Source: Planctomycetota bacterium
GTDB lineage: Bacteria > Planctomycetota > B15-G4 > SIAN01
Direction of reading: 5' to 3'
DNA length: 64,000 nucleotides
Assembly: GCA_031409275.1 (NCBI GenBank)
Contig: JANNXA010000014.1
Span: 96,001 to 160,000 of the forward strand
Shown here: positions 42,143 through 52,881 of the stretch, piece by piece
Layout of the letters: every line of letters begins with the position of its first letter
How positions within the stretch are numbered: position 1 is the first letter of the stretch
Program-made: the position numbers and the translations under genes
The notes under the pieces: generated by a model
Seen by the model: only the letters and a program-made list of their open reading frames with translations
Databases searched by the model: none
What the model was told of the DNA's origin: nothing

Positions 42143-43105
42143 GTGAACCTCGCCCCATCCCTCACCGTCGCCGACGTCGTCACGCTGCTCGAGCGACCGT
42201 TGCTCGACCTCGTCTTCGAGGCGGCCTCCACCCATCGACGCCACCACGCGGCGGATGCGATGCAGTGCTCCCAGCTCCTCTCCATCAAGACGGGCGGCTG
42301 CTCGGAGGATTGCGGCTACTGCAGCCAGAGCGCGCGCTTCAAGACGCCCGTAGAGCGCGAGGCGCTGATGGAGGTCGATGCGGTGCTGGCCACGGCGCGA
42401 GCCGCGAAGGAGAACGGCGCCGACCGCTTCTGCATGGGCGCGGCATGGCGCGAGGTGAAGGATGGCGAGGCGTTCGAGCGCGTGCTGAAGATGGTGCGCG
42501 GCGTGAAGGAGCTTGGCCTCGAAAGCTGCGTCACCCTCGGAATGCTCAATGAGGCGCAGGCGCGCCAGCTCAAGGACGCCGGCCTCGACTACTACAACCA
42601 CAACCTCGACACCGGCGCGAGCCACTACGAGAAGGTGATCACGACGCACACGCTCGCCGATCGCCTCGACACGCTCGACCATGTTCGCAGCGCCGGCATC
42701 CACGTCTGCAGCGGCGGCATCCTCGGACTGGGCGAGACGACGCACGCGCGGGCCGAACTCCTCCATCAGCTCGCCACGCTGTCGCCGCAACCGGAGAGCG
42801 TGCCCATCAACACGCTCGTGCAGGTGCCGGGAACCAAGTTCGAGAACAACGCGCCGCTCGACTGGACCGTCGTGGTGCGCGTGGTCGCCGCCGCGCGCCT
42901 GCTGATGCCCGACGCCGTTATCCGCCTCTCGGCCGGCCGCACCGGAATGACGGAAGAGGGGCAGGCGCTCTGTTTCCTCGCCGGAGCCAATTCGGTCTTC
43001 ATCGGCGACGAACTGCTGACCACGCCCAATCCCGACCCCAAGAGCGACGCGGCGCTGCTGGCGAAGCTCGGCCTGCAGGCGCTGGCGCGCAGCGCGGAAG
43101 CGTGA
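42143..43105 (+). CDS. bioB: Biotin synthase
   Basis: [38 protein letters not shown]. Confidence 0.98.
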   Translation: MNLAPSLTVADVVTLLERPLLDLVFEAASTHRRHHAADAMQCSQLLSIKTGGCSEDCGYCSQSARFKTPVEREALMEVDAVLATARAAKENGADRFCMGAAWREVKDGEAFERVLKMVRGVKELGLESCVTLGMLNEAQARQLKDAGLDYYNHNLDTGASHYEKVITTHTLADRLDTLDHVRSAGIHVCSGGILGLGETTHARAELLHQLATLSPQPESVPINTLVQVPGTKFENNAPLDWTVVVRVVAAARLLMPDAVIRLSAGRTGMTEEGQALCFLAGANSVFIGDELLTTPNPDPKSDAALLAKLGLQALARSAEA

Positions 43106-44991
43106 CGCGAAGGCTCGACTTCGAGCTCGAAGCGGAGCTCGCCACGTGGGAGCGCGCCGGGCTGCGGCGGACGTTGCCACGAGCGGCGGGCGGCGCGGCG
43201 ACGGAGCGCGCCGCGGCGCCGATCGACTTCGTCTCGAACGACTACCTCGGTTTGACGCGCGATCGGCGCGTGATCGACGCGGCGCACGCGGCGTTGGAAC
43301 GCAGCGGCGCGGGCAGCGGTGCGGCGCGCCTCCTGGGCGGTGGCCTCGCCGGCGCCGCGGCCTCCGGTGACGACGCGTCGCGCGCGGAAGCGCTGCTGGC
43401 CGAGTGGCTCTCCGAGGAGTCGGCGCTGCTCTTCCCGTCGGGATGGCACGCGAACCTCGGCGTCGTGACCACGCTGGCCGGTCGCGGCGACGCGCTCTTC
43501 TCCGATGCCTTGAACCACGCCTCGCTGGTCGACGCCTGCCGGCTCGCACGCGCTCACGTCGACCGTTACGCGCATGGCGACATCGACGAGCTCTCGACGC
43601 AGCTCGCCCGCGCGCGGGGTGCGCGCCGACGCGTCGTCGTCACCGAGTCGATCTTCAGCATGGATGGCGACCTCGCGCCGCTCGCCGCGCTGCACGAGGC
43701 GTGCGAGCGACACGACGCGTGGTTGATCGTCGACGAGGCGCACAGCCACGCGCTGCTCGGCCCGCATGGCGCGGGCGCATGGGCGGCGGCGGGATTGCCG
43801 ACCACTCGGCTTGCCGCGCGCGTCGTCACCGGCGGCAAGGCGCTCGGCGTGGCGGGCGCTTTCGTGGTCAGTGGCCGCCCGTTGCACGAGCTGCTCGTCC
43901 AAGCCGCGCGCCCCTTCGTCTTCACGACCGCGCCGCCACCCGCCGTCGCTGCCGCACTCGCCGCCGCCATCGAGATCGCACGTGGCGCCGACGCTGCGCG
44001 CGCGCGCGTGGTGGCGCTCGCTGCGCGTCTGGCGAAAGAGCTGCGTCGCAGCGCTTTCGCGGTGCGCACGCCGAATCCGGCGGCGGCGATCGTGCCGTTC
44101 CTGGTCGGCGACGCCGCGGCCACCAGCGCGCTCGGCCGCGAGTTGAGCGCTGCCGGTTTCGCGGTCGGCGCGGTGCGACCGCCGACGGTGGCGGAGGGGT
44201 CGTCCCGCCTGCGCCTGGTGGTCCACGCCCACAACAGCGAGGCGCAGGTCGACGCGCTCGCCAGCGCGCTGCTGGCGCGGGCGCGGCCGCGCGCGACCCC
44301 GGGCACGACTCGCGATGGCGCTTCGGCGCGCGCGACGCCGTGGTTCGTGGTCGGGACCGACACCGGCATCGGCAAGACGGTGGCCAGCGCACTGCTGCTG
44401 CGCGCGGCGCGCCGGCTCGGGCCCGCCTGCTACTGGAAGCCGGTGCAGACCGGTGACGAAAGCGATACGGCGGCGGTCGCGGCGTTGGCTCAAGCGGCGC
44501 CGCACGAGCTGATGGCGCCGCTCCACCACTTCCCGCGGCCCGCTTCACCGCACGAGGCGGCCGCGGCCGCCGGCGAGTCGATCGAGCCGGCCGTGCTGCA
44601 AGCCGCGCTGACCGCCGCGCGCGAGGAGCGCCACGGCACCCGCCTCATCGTCGAACTCGCGGGCGGACTGCTGGTTCCCTATCGCACCGGCGCGGCGCCC
44701 TACCTGCAGGCCGATTGGCTCGCGCGCGCGCGACCGCGCTTCGTGCTGGTCGCGCGAGCGGGACTCGGCACGTTGAACCACACGCTGCTGACGCTCGAAG
44801 CGCTGCGCTCCCGCAAGCTCGAACCCGACGCGCTGCTGCTGGTGGGCGAGCCCCACCCGGCGAACGCGGCGACGCTGCGCGAACTGTCGGGAGTTGGGGC
44901 GCTCTTCGAGCTGCCGCGCTTCGAGCCGCTATCGGGCACGGCGCTCGAAGCGTGGCTCGACGCGAACGCGCTGGTCGAGGTGCTGCGATGA
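43102..44991 (+). CDS. bioF: Fused 8-amino-7-oxononanoate synthase / dethiobiotin synthase (BioF-BioD)
   Basis: [33 protein letters not shown]; then [37 protein letters not shown]. Confidence 0.93.
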   Translation: MTRRLDFELEAELATWERAGLRRTLPRAAGGAATERAAAPIDFVSNDYLGLTRDRRVIDAAHAALERSGAGSGAARLLGGGLAGAAASGDDASRAEALLAEWLSEESALLFPSGWHANLGVVTTLAGRGDALFSDALNHASLVDACRLARAHVDRYAHGDIDELSTQLARARGARRRVVVTESIFSMDGDLAPLAALHEACERHDAWLIVDEAHSHALLGPHGAGAWAAAGLPTTRLAARVVTGGKALGVAGAFVVSGRPLHELLVQAARPFVFTTAPPPAVAAALAAAIEIARGADAARARVVALAARLAKELRRSAFAVRTPNPAAAIVPFLVGDAAATSALGRELSAAGFAVGAVRPPTVAEGSSRLRLVVHAHNSEAQVDALASALLARARPRATPGTTRDGASARATPWFVVGTDTGIGKTVASALLLRAARRLGPACYWKPVQTGDESDTAAVAALAQAAPHELMAPLHHFPRPASPHEAAAAAGESIEPAVLQAALTAAREERHGTRLIVELAGGLLVPYRTGAAPYLQADWLARARPRFVLVARAGLGTLNHTLLTLEALRSRKLEPDALLLVGEPHPANAATLRELSGVGALFELPRFEPLSGTALEAWLDANALVEVLR

Positions 44992-46289
44992 GCGGGCCGC
45001 CGCGCTCGCTCGGTCAGCGCGACGCGGCGTGCCTCTGGCACCCTTACACGCAGCACGGCAGTGACGGCGCGCCGATCGAGGTGGCGGCCGCGCGCGGCGC
45101 GACCCTGACGCTCTCCGATGGGCGCGAAGTGATCGACGCGATCAGTGCGTGGTGGACCTGCCTGCACGGCCACGGCGAGCCGCGGCTGATCGAGGCGGCA
45201 CAGCGCCAGGCGCGGCGGCTCGATCACGTCGCCTTTGCCGGCGCGACGCATGAACCGGCGGTCGCGCTGGCCGAGGCGCTGCTGGCGATCGCGCCGCGTG
45301 GCGAGCGGGCGCTGACGCGCGTCTTCTTCAGCGACGACGGCTCGACCGCGGTCGAGGTCGCGCTCAAGATCGCCTTCCACTTCCACGCGCAGCGCGGCGC
45401 GACGGCACGGCGCAAGTTCCTCGTCTTCGAAGGCGGCTACCACGGCGATACGGTCGGCGCGATGAGCGTCGGCGATCCCGACCCCTACTTCACCGCCTAC
45501 GCGCCGCTGCTCTTCGAAGTGGTGCGCGTCCCCGTCGCGGCCGCCGCCTTCGCCGCGGCGTTCGAGCAGCACGCCGACGCGCTCGCCGCGGTACTGATCG
45601 AGCCGCTCGTCCAGGGCGCCGCGGGCATGCGCATGCACGACGCGGCGTTGCTGCGCACCATCGCCACGACCTGCCATGCGGCCGGCGTGCCGCTGATCGC
45701 CGACGAAGTGATGACGGGGTTCGGGCGCACCGGCGCGCTCTTCGCCTGCACGAAGGCGGGCATCGCGCCCGACCTGCTCTGCCTCGCAAAAGGGCTGACC
45801 AGCGCAATGGCACCGCTGGCGGCGACGCTGGCCACCGAGCAGCTCTTCGATGCGTTTCGATCGAGCGAGCGACGTCGCATGCTGGCGCACGGCCACTCGA
45901 TGACGGCCCATCCGATCGGCTGCGCAGTCGCGCTCGAATCGCTGGCGCTGTGCCGCGAGAACGACGTCGCCGCTCGCCTCGATGCGATCGGCGCGCGCAT
46001 CGAAGCGGGGCTCGCGCCCCTGCGCGGCGATCCGCGCGTGCGCGAGCTGCGGCGGTGCGGCGGGATCGTCGCGTTCGACCTCGCGCCACAGCCGAGCGGG
46101 GCCAGCAGCGGCGGCTACTTCACGGAGCTGGCACCACGACTGCGCGCGCGCGCCATCGATCACGGCGTGCTGCTGCGGCCGCTGGGCGACGTCGTCTACG
46201 CGCTGCCACCCGCCTGCACCACCGAGGCGCAGTGCGACGCAATCGCCGCGGCGATGCGGGCGATGGTCGAGTTCATCCCCGCTCGCTGA
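44988..46289 (+). CDS. bioA: Adenosylmethionine-8-amino-7-oxononanoate aminotransferase
   Basis: WHPYTQ, DAISAWW, SDDGSTAVEVALK, YHGDT, DEVMTGFGRTG, LRPLG. Confidence 0.97.
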   Translation: MSGPPRSLGQRDAACLWHPYTQHGSDGAPIEVAAARGATLTLSDGREVIDAISAWWTCLHGHGEPRLIEAAQRQARRLDHVAFAGATHEPAVALAEALLAIAPRGERALTRVFFSDDGSTAVEVALKIAFHFHAQRGATARRKFLVFEGGYHGDTVGAMSVGDPDPYFTAYAPLLFEVVRVPVAAAAFAAAFEQHADALAAVLIEPLVQGAAGMRMHDAALLRTIATTCHAAGVPLIADEVMTGFGRTGALFACTKAGIAPDLLCLAKGLTSAMAPLAATLATEQLFDAFRSSERRRMLAHGHSMTAHPIGCAVALESLALCRENDVAARLDAIGARIEAGLAPLRGDPRVRELRRCGGIVAFDLAPQPSGASSGGYFTELAPRLRARAIDHGVLLRPLGDVVYALPPACTTEAQCDAIAAAMRAMVEFIPAR

Positions 46290-46689
46290 TCCCCTCGAAC
46301 GCTGCGATGGCGCGGCGCGCCGCCGGCGGGATCTCGCAACTCTTCAGCGCCACGTCGACCCACACCAGCAGCGCCTTCGCGACGGCGAGCCGCTCGCTGC
46401 CGCGGCGCACTTCGTACTGCATCTCGAAGCTCTTGCCGCCGAGCCGCGCGGTGCGCACAGCAACGTGGAGCGAGTCGCCGCGCCGCGCCGGCCGCTCGTA
46501 GCGGATGGTCGCTTCGCCGAGCAGGAAGGGCGGGATGTCGCCCTCCACCAGCTCGAGCTGCGCGAAGTAGTCGAAGCGCGCCTGCTCGATCAAACTCCAG
46601 TAGACCGCGTGGTTCACGACACCGGCCACGTCGACGTCGACCCAGCGCAACGGTACGGCGGCGGTGAAGCGGAAGGGTTCGTTCGCCAT
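46273..46689 (-). CDS. Hot-dog fold acyl-CoA thioesterase (4HBT/YbgC-like)
   Basis: RWVDVDVAGVVNHAVY...EQAR; LGGKSF. Confidence 0.9.
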   Translation of the reverse strand: MANEPFRFTAAVPLRWVDVDVAGVVNHAVYWSLIEQARFDYFAQLELVEGDIPPFLLGEATIRYERPARRGDSLHVAVRTARLGGKSFEMQYEVRRGSERLAVAKALLVWVDVALKSCEIPPAARRAIAAFEGISERG

Positions 46690-46697
46690 CGGATCGC

Positions 46698-48197
46698 TCA
46701 CGGGTACCAGCGGATCATCACGCTGTCGAGGCCGAGCGCCAGCCCGGTCGATTCGAGGTTCTTGCCGGTGGCGCGCAGCTCGAGGACATGCGGGCCGCGT
46801 TCGAGATGCACGGTCCCGAGCAGCGGTTCGCGCAACAGCGTGCGCGGGCTGAAGAGATCGATCGGCGCGCCGACCGCAGCGCCATCGACGAACGCCTGCC
46901 AGCAACCGCCATCGGGCGTGCGCGTCAGTCGCAGGTAGAGGTCGTAATCGCGGGCGTTGCTGAGCTCGAACGGGAGCTGCAGCACGGCTTGATCGAGGCG
47001 CGTCGGCACCAGACGCACTTGCGCACCGTAGGCCCAGAACGGGCCGCTCTCCACCGTCGGTGTCGGCGCCTCGTCGGGGACCTGCAGCAGCTCGAGCAGC
47101 TCCTCTTCTTCCGGTTCGAGTCGCAGCTCGGCGAAGGGGAGTCGCTCCTGCGGACTCGGCAACGCGGAGAAGATCGCGTGCGGCTCCTCCTGGTACCAGA
47201 AGGCGACGCTCGACCAGGCGTCACGGCGGTCGCCCAAGAGCGCCCACTCGCCGTTGCGCCGCGCATAACCAAGCCGCTCGAACGTGACACCGAGTCCCTT
47301 CTCGAACGGCACCGGGTCGAGCACGTGCCAGCGGCACGCCGTCGTGCGCGCGCCGGAGCCGGTCCCTTCGAAGCAGGTCACACCGCCGAACGGTCCGGTG
47401 TCGACACGAAAGCCCCACGCATCGTCGAAGGCGCTCTCGAAGCCGCTGCCAATGAAGCTCGCCGTCTCCGAGAGGTCGACGAAGAAGCGGTCGTCGCCCT
47501 CGCCCGGCCACCCCTCTTCGCCCGACCAGATTGAGAGGACCGTGCCGACGTAGTGGCCGCGGCCGAGGATCTCGGCGACGCGGTGTTGCCGCAGCGCCCC
47601 TTGCCGTGGCGTGGCGCGGAACTGCGCATGGAACGTCCGCAGGTTGGGGCAGGGCGCGTCGGTCTCGACGTAATCGACCTGCCAGAAGACGAGGCGAGCC
47701 GGCCGGCTCGAATCGTTGCGGATCGAGATCTCGGCGCCCTTGTTGAAGGGCATCGGCCACCACGAGGAGCGCGCGCGGCCGTCGCCCGCGACGCGGACCG
47801 GCAGCGTGTCGACCGGCGCCTCCTGCGCGTTGCCGACGGCGAAGAAGTCGCCAATCGGCGCCTCGACCGAGGGATTGGTCTCGCCATCCCAACGCGCGCG
47901 CAGCACCAGCATGCGCGCGTAGTACGGGTCATCGCTCTCCGCGGTCAGCCAGAGGTGGCGGATGACGCCCGAGCCGCCGATGCGGGCGATGGCGATTTCG
48001 GCGCCGGCGGCGATCGGCAGGAAGTCGAGGTTGCTGTTGACGTCGAGGTGAGAGCTCGAGATCCGTCGGTAGCGCCCCTCGGTCGGGCGGAAGAGGTCGC
48101 CGAGACCCGAAACCGCGGCGGGCGTCCCCTGGCCGACGGCGATCGAGGCCAGGAGCAGCAAGGCGCCGGCGATTGAGGAACAACGTTTTGGATCCAT
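46698..48197 (-). CDS. Secreted DUF2961 (GH172-like) protein with C-terminal CBM-like domain
   Basis: GSGVIRHLW.T, WDGE..PSVEAP.GDFF, WPMPF, G.GHYVG, GEGD..F. Confidence 0.85.
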   Translation of the reverse strand: MDPKRCSSIAGALLLLASIAVGQGTPAAVSGLGDLFRPTEGRYRRISSSHLDVNSNLDFLPIAAGAEIAIARIGGSGVIRHLWLTAESDDPYYARMLVLRARWDGETNPSVEAPIGDFFAVGNAQEAPVDTLPVRVAGDGRARSSWWPMPFNKGAEISIRNDSSRPARLVFWQVDYVETDAPCPNLRTFHAQFRATPRQGALRQHRVAEILGRGHYVGTVLSIWSGEEGWPGEGDDRFFVDLSETASFIGSGFESAFDDAWGFRVDTGPFGGVTCFEGTGSGARTTACRWHVLDPVPFEKGLGVTFERLGYARRNGEWALLGDRRDAWSSVAFWYQEEPHAIFSALPSPQERLPFAELRLEPEEEELLELLQVPDEAPTPTVESGPFWAYGAQVRLVPTRLDQAVLQLPFELSNARDYDLYLRLTRTPDGGCWQAFVDGAAVGAPIDLFSPRTLLREPLLGTVHLERGPHVLELRATGKNLESTGLALGLDSVMIRWYP

Positions 48198-48321
48198 CGT
48201 CGTAGGAGACTCCTCTCGCCCCGCGGCGCCCATCAGTGGGCGTCCACGTCGCGAGCTACCATGCGCCCCGCTTCGGCCCTGCCGCCACTCGCCGAGGCTC
48301 CCAAAGAAGAAGGATGCCACG

Positions 48322-51300
48322 ATGCTGCGCTTTTCGATGGTGGGCACGTTGCTGCTCCTCGGCTCGCTCGCCCCGGTCTTCGCAACGCATCGAGGGGCGC
48401 CTCGCGCGCGGCCCAACGCACCCGCGAACGGTGACGCCGCCGATCTCGCTGACGCCGAGCGCGCGCCCATCGCCGCCAACCCGGTCGGCACCTGGCGCCT
48501 CGACAGTCTGATCGACCAGGCGGCGATCTCCGGCATCGACCCCAGCGACGTCGATCCGGCCACGTTCGTGCTCCACGATCTGCGCTTCGACGACGGTGGC
48601 GCCGGAATCGTCCCGGTCGACACCCCGTTTGGCAGCGGCAAGGTCGTGGCCGGCGACGGCTCGGCGCAGCTGCAGGCGAGCGGCAAAGCGGCGCTCTTCC
48701 GCATCAAGGTCCCGAAGACGAAGGCGAGCGATGTGGGCGCCATCGCCTATCGAGTGCGCTCGAGCGACTGCAGCGAAGTGGCCCTGCTGCGCGACACGAG
48801 CGTGTTGCAGATGTTGAATGGCGGTGGCGGTCCCGGTGGCCCGGGTGGCGGCAACTTCGGGATTCCGCTCGGCGGCGGTGGCCCGCCGATCCCGTTCGCC
48901 GGCGGTCGCTTCGGCGCACCGCCCGCGGGCGGAGCCAATCCGCCAGCGCCAGCAGGAGCGCCGCCGGCGGGTGGAAACGGGCCGGGTGCCGGCAACGGAC
49001 CGCCGCCGGCGCCTCCTGCCGGAATCGCGCCGCCGCCGACTCCAGGTGGCGCGGGAGGTCCCGGTGGCCCCGGTGGTCGGCGCCGCGGTGGGCCCGGCCT
49101 TGACGCGAGCTTCGATCCTCGCGACTTGCTCCGCGGCGAGATCCGCAAGCTCGACGCGAACGGCGAGTGGCACACGCTCGCGCGCAGCGGCAAGGCCGCG
49201 AGCGGCGGCAATCCCATGTTCGGGGGAATGGCCTTTGGCGGCAACGCGCCCGCAACCACCGAGCTCGAAGAGCTCGCGCTCGTCGTCCTGGTGCCGGCCG
49301 ACAAGGCGACCGACGGCGTGAAGGTCGACCTCGAGTTCATCCACGTGCTCGATGCGAAGGCGGACTACGCCTCGAAGACCGTCGCGCCATGCACCGTCGA
49401 ACGTGCTCGCGTGCTCCACCAAGGCATGCACCTCAACACGCCGGCGTCGGTGACCTGGCGACTGGTGCCGCCAACGGGAGCGAAACTGGTCGCCGGACTC
49501 ACCGCACTCACTGAGCAGCCGATCAAGCTGCTGGTCCACGTGGCGGCCAACGGCGCGCGCACGACGCTGCTCGAGAAGTACTTCGACGGCGGCTCTCGCG
49601 TCGACCCGATCGCGCTCGACCTCGCCGACTACGCCGGTCAGGAGATCGGGCTCGAGATCGAAGTGCTCGAGGAGAACGAGCCCAACGTCGCCTTCCTGTT
49701 GCAGCCGTTGGTCTACGGCGCGCGCAAGGAGGGGGTCCGCAACGTGATGCTCTACTTCTGCGACACGTTGCGCGCGGATGCGCTGTCGGCCTACGGCAAC
49801 ACGCGGCCGACGACGCCCAACCTCGATGCGCTGGCCGCCAGCGGAATCCGCTTCGAGCGCTGCTTCAGCCAGGGCGCGTGGACCTACGTCTCGATGCCCT
49901 CCTCGCTCTCCTCGCTCTTCCCCAGCGTGAACGGCATCAAGAACGGCGGCGAGCAGATCGCCAGCTCGGTGATCACGGTCGCCGAGGCGTTCCGCGAAGC
50001 GGGCTACCTGACGGCGGCCTTCATCCGCAATGACTTCGTCGGCCCGACCACCCACACCGAGCAGGGCTTCGATTTCTTCTTCCCGGGCGACGTGATCGGT
50101 CCGGCGAACACGGCGGGTGTCCAACAAGCAGTGGCGCGCATGTTCGGCCGCAATCCAGCCGGCGCCGACGCCGGTCAGGGCGGGATGAACTTCAACAGCG
50201 GCTCCTCGCGCGACCTGTTCACCAAGGTGCAGCCGTGGCTCGACCAGTACCGCGACGTGCCCTTCGTCCTCTACATGCACGCCGTCGATCCGCATGAGCC
50301 ATACGACCCGGAAACGGCCGATCGCGCGAAGTTCTTGAGCGATGAAGATCACGCGAAGTTCAAGGAGATGGAGAAGAAGCTCTCTGACTTCCAGCAGCGG
50401 CAGCAAAACCAGTTCGGCGGCGGCGGCGGTCCGCTCGTGTTCAACACTCCCGGCGGAGGGGTTGTGGCGGCGCCTGGAAACACCCCGCCGACCGCGCCCG
50501 CGGTCGACCCTGCGGTCGATCCCGCGGCCGATCCAACAGCCGACCGCGCCGAGGTGCCGGTCGCGGCACCCGCAGCGTCGAACAGCGCCGCGCCGCCCGC
50601 CGGCGCCGTCGCCCGCGGCTCCGAGATGCTCGACAGCTACATCGCCGCAGGGATCGATCCCCACGACTTCGTTCGCAAAGAACGCGCGATCTACGACGCC
50701 GAGGTGCACTACTTCGACCGTCACTACAAGCTGATCCGTGACTACTTCGCGCAGCACGGGCTGACGAACGCCACCGTCTTCAGCTTCAACGCCGACCACG
50801 GCGACGAGTTCCTGGAGCACGGCTCGAAGGGCCACGGTCAGTCCGTCTATGCCGAGCTGACCCACGTGCCGTGGATCCTCTCGGCGCCCGGCCTCCTGCC
50901 CGCGGGCAAGGTCATCGGCGACAACGTCGCCAACCTCGACCTCGGCCCGACGCTGCTCGGACTCGTCGGCCTCACGCCGGCCGACTCGATGCAGGGCCGC
51001 AACCTCGCGGCCGAGCTGCAGAGCGGCGACGAACTGCCGGCGGTCGCGATCTTCACCGAGAAGTGGGGTGGCCCGATGTTCGGCGGCGGTGGCGACATCG
51101 GCGAGGAGATCCTCGGCGACTTCGCGGTGATCGAAGGGCGTTGGAAGACGGTCGTCCATCGAACGATGGAGCCGTCGATCGGCGCGGATGGAAAACCCGG
51201 CCCACTGCAGCTCAAGATCGAGCTCGAGATCTTCGACCTGCTGGCCGACATGACCGACTCGAACTCCTTGATCGCCACCGAACGCGAACGGGCCGAGGCG

Positions 51301-51423
51301 GCCAACAAGCGGCTCGAGACGTGGGTCGGCGAGATGAAGAAGCTCCACGCGCGCTACGCCGGCGAAGACACGCAGAGCGACAACGCGATGGAGATGATGA
51401 AGGCGCTCGGCTACGCGCAGTGA
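48322..51423 (+). CDS. Large secreted sulfatase-like hydrolase with Gly/Pro-rich inserts
   Basis: DTLRAD.L..YG..R.TTPNLD, DPHEPY, YD.EV, ADHGDEF.EHG..GHG. Confidence 0.88.
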   Translation: MLRFSMVGTLLLLGSLAPVFATHRGAPRARPNAPANGDAADLADAERAPIAANPVGTWRLDSLIDQAAISGIDPSDVDPATFVLHDLRFDDGGAGIVPVDTPFGSGKVVAGDGSAQLQASGKAALFRIKVPKTKASDVGAIAYRVRSSDCSEVALLRDTSVLQMLNGGGGPGGPGGGNFGIPLGGGGPPIPFAGGRFGAPPAGGANPPAPAGAPPAGGNGPGAGNGPPPAPPAGIAPPPTPGGAGGPGGPGGRRRGGPGLDASFDPRDLLRGEIRKLDANGEWHTLARSGKAASGGNPMFGGMAFGGNAPATTELEELALVVLVPADKATDGVKVDLEFIHVLDAKADYASKTVAPCTVERARVLHQGMHLNTPASVTWRLVPPTGAKLVAGLTALTEQPIKLLVHVAANGARTTLLEKYFDGGSRVDPIALDLADYAGQEIGLEIEVLEENEPNVAFLLQPLVYGARKEGVRNVMLYFCDTLRADALSAYGNTRPTTPNLDALAASGIRFERCFSQGAWTYVSMPSSLSSLFPSVNGIKNGGEQIASSVITVAEAFREAGYLTAAFIRNDFVGPTTHTEQGFDFFFPGDVIGPANTAGVQQAVARMFGRNPAGADAGQGGMNFNSGSSRDLFTKVQPWLDQYRDVPFVLYMHAVDPHEPYDPETADRAKFLSDEDHAKFKEMEKKLSDFQQRQQNQFGGGGGPLVFNTPGGGVVAAPGNTPPTAPAVDPAVDPAADPTADRAEVPVAAPAASNSAAPPAGAVARGSEMLDSYIAAGIDPHDFVRKERAIYDAEVHYFDRHYKLIRDYFAQHGLTNATVFSFNADHGDEFLEHGSKGHGQSVYAELTHVPWILSAPGLLPAGKVIGDNVANLDLGPTLLGLVGLTPADSMQGRNLAAELQSGDELPAVAIFTEKWGGPMFGGGGDIGEEILGDFAVIEGRWKTVVHRTMEPSIGADGKPGPLQLKIELEIFDLLADMTDSNSLIATERERAEAANKRLETWVGEMKKLHARYAGEDTQSDNAMEMMKALGYAQ

Positions 51424-51462
51424 TGGACCAGGCGCCACGCTGCGGCGGCGCGACGAAGGAGC

Positions 51463-52002
51463 ATGACCTTGGGTGACCTGCGCGACGCCTTCAAGAAGGC
51501 CGGGCTGATCGACGACAAGACCAACCGCCGCCTCCAGCACGAGCAGCGGGTGGTGAAGAAGGAGCTCGGCCGCGAAGGGCTCGAGGAGCAGCGGCGCCGA
51601 GAGGAAGCGGAGCGCGTCGAACGGGACGCCCGCAAGAAGGCGGACGTGAAGACGGCGCAGCAGCGGCTCGATCAGGAGAAGCAGCGCAGCGAACGGTTGA
51701 AGCGGCTGCGCAGCGCGCTCGACGAGCAGGCGATTCGCGGGACCGGCGGCCCGCGCCGTTTCCACTGGGTCGACGCCGAGGGCTACTGCCCGTGGATCGC
51801 GCTCGACGACACCACCGGCCGGCGCATCGAAGCGGGCGAGATCGCGCTGGTGATGCTGCCCGAGCGCGGCGATACGGCGCTGGTCCCCCGCGCCCTGGCG
51901 CTGGAGCTCCACGCGAGCTTCCCCCACCTGGTCCTCCACCTCGCCGGCGGGACCGGTGCGGCGAGCAGCAGCGCACCGCCGGTCGAATCGGGCGGTCGCT
52001 AG
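51463..52002 (+). CDS. DUF2058 (YaiL)-like protein
   Basis: LRDAFKKAGLI, charged helix, RRFHW, I.AG.IALV...LVPR; AAGGAG RBS. Confidence 0.75.
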   Translation: MTLGDLRDAFKKAGLIDDKTNRRLQHEQRVVKKELGREGLEEQRRREEAERVERDARKKADVKTAQQRLDQEKQRSERLKRLRSALDEQAIRGTGGPRRFHWVDAEGYCPWIALDDTTGRRIEAGEIALVMLPERGDTALVPRALALELHASFPHLVLHLAGGTGAASSSAPPVESGGR

Positions 52003-52243
52003 GAGCGTGTCCGAGTATTTCGAGCCGGCCACGAGCCATCGGACGGCTCCGGGCGGCCGGCCAGAACGAGCGGCCCGAAGAACGGCCGACGAGTTGCGAT
52101 CAGTACGGCAGCGCGGTGGTCGTTCGCCGCCGCGCCGCGCGCCGCGAGGAGCGCCGCCGTCCCGCCGCGAGAAACGGCGCGGGCGGGCGGGATTCCCCGC
52201 GGCGCACCGTGGCGCCGCCCGCCGTCGACTTTGACTTCACACC

Positions 52244-52486
52244 ATGGCCGACCGCACTCAACGCTTTGAAGACAACGTCGGCGGCCTCTGGTACGTCGAC
52301 AAGTCGTGCATTCTCTGCTCGCTCTGCTCCGACCTCGCGCCGAAGAACTTCCGCGAGAGCAAGGACGGCGACCACGACGTCGTCTACAAGCAGCCCGAGA
52401 CGCCCGAAGAGCTGGCGCAATCGCAGCAGGCGAAGCTGCAGTGCCCGGTCGAGGCGATCGGCGACGACGGTGACGCGGCGGCGTGA
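52244..52486 (+). CDS. Single-cluster ferredoxin
   Basis: YVDKSCILCSLC...AP.NF...CPVEAIG. Confidence 0.92.
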   Translation: MADRTQRFEDNVGGLWYVDKSCILCSLCSDLAPKNFRESKDGDHDVVYKQPETPEELAQSQQAKLQCPVEAIGDDGDAAA

Positions 52487-52881
52487 AACGGCGCGTTGAC
52501 GCGGAGACGGTCCGAGCGCTCGCGCTCGCGCTGCCCGAAGCGGTCGAGTCGGCGCACATGGACCACCCCGACTTCCGCGTGCGCGGGAAGATCTTCGCCA
52601 CGCTCCCCGCCGACGGCGCATCGACCTGCCTCAAGGTCCGGCCCGAGGACCTCGAAGCGCTGGTCGCCGCCGATCCGAAGTCGTACCGCCCGGTCTGGGG
52701 CGGCCGCTGGCTGGCGATCGACCTCGCGCACGTCTCGCGCAAGGCGCTGGCGGCGCTGCTCGCCGACGCCTGGCTGCTGACGGCGCCCAAGAAATTGGCA
52801 ACCGCTTTCCTCGCGCAGCGGCCTTCAACGCGAGGCGGCGACCTCGGCCGCGCTGAGCGCGACGGTGATGGCGCACCATGA
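52483..52881 (+). CDS. MmcQ/YjbR family protein
   Basis: ALALPEA.E..H...PDFRV.GKIFATL; AW...APKKL. Confidence 0.88.
   Translation: MKRRVDAETVRALALALPEAVESAHMDHPDFRVRGKIFATLPADGASTCLKVRPEDLEALVAADPKSYRPVWGGRWLAIDLAHVSRKALAALLADAWLLTAPKKLATAFLAQRPSTRGGDLGRAERDGDGAP

Noticed and set aside
48815..49100. GGC/CCG-rich repeats as a possible CRISPR array or VNTR
   Set aside because: In-frame Gly/Pro low-complexity coding sequence with no repeat-spacer periodicity
48256..52032. 1258-aa minus-strand ORF
   Set aside because: Antisense to the sulfatase-like and DUF2058 genes, with no motifs of its own
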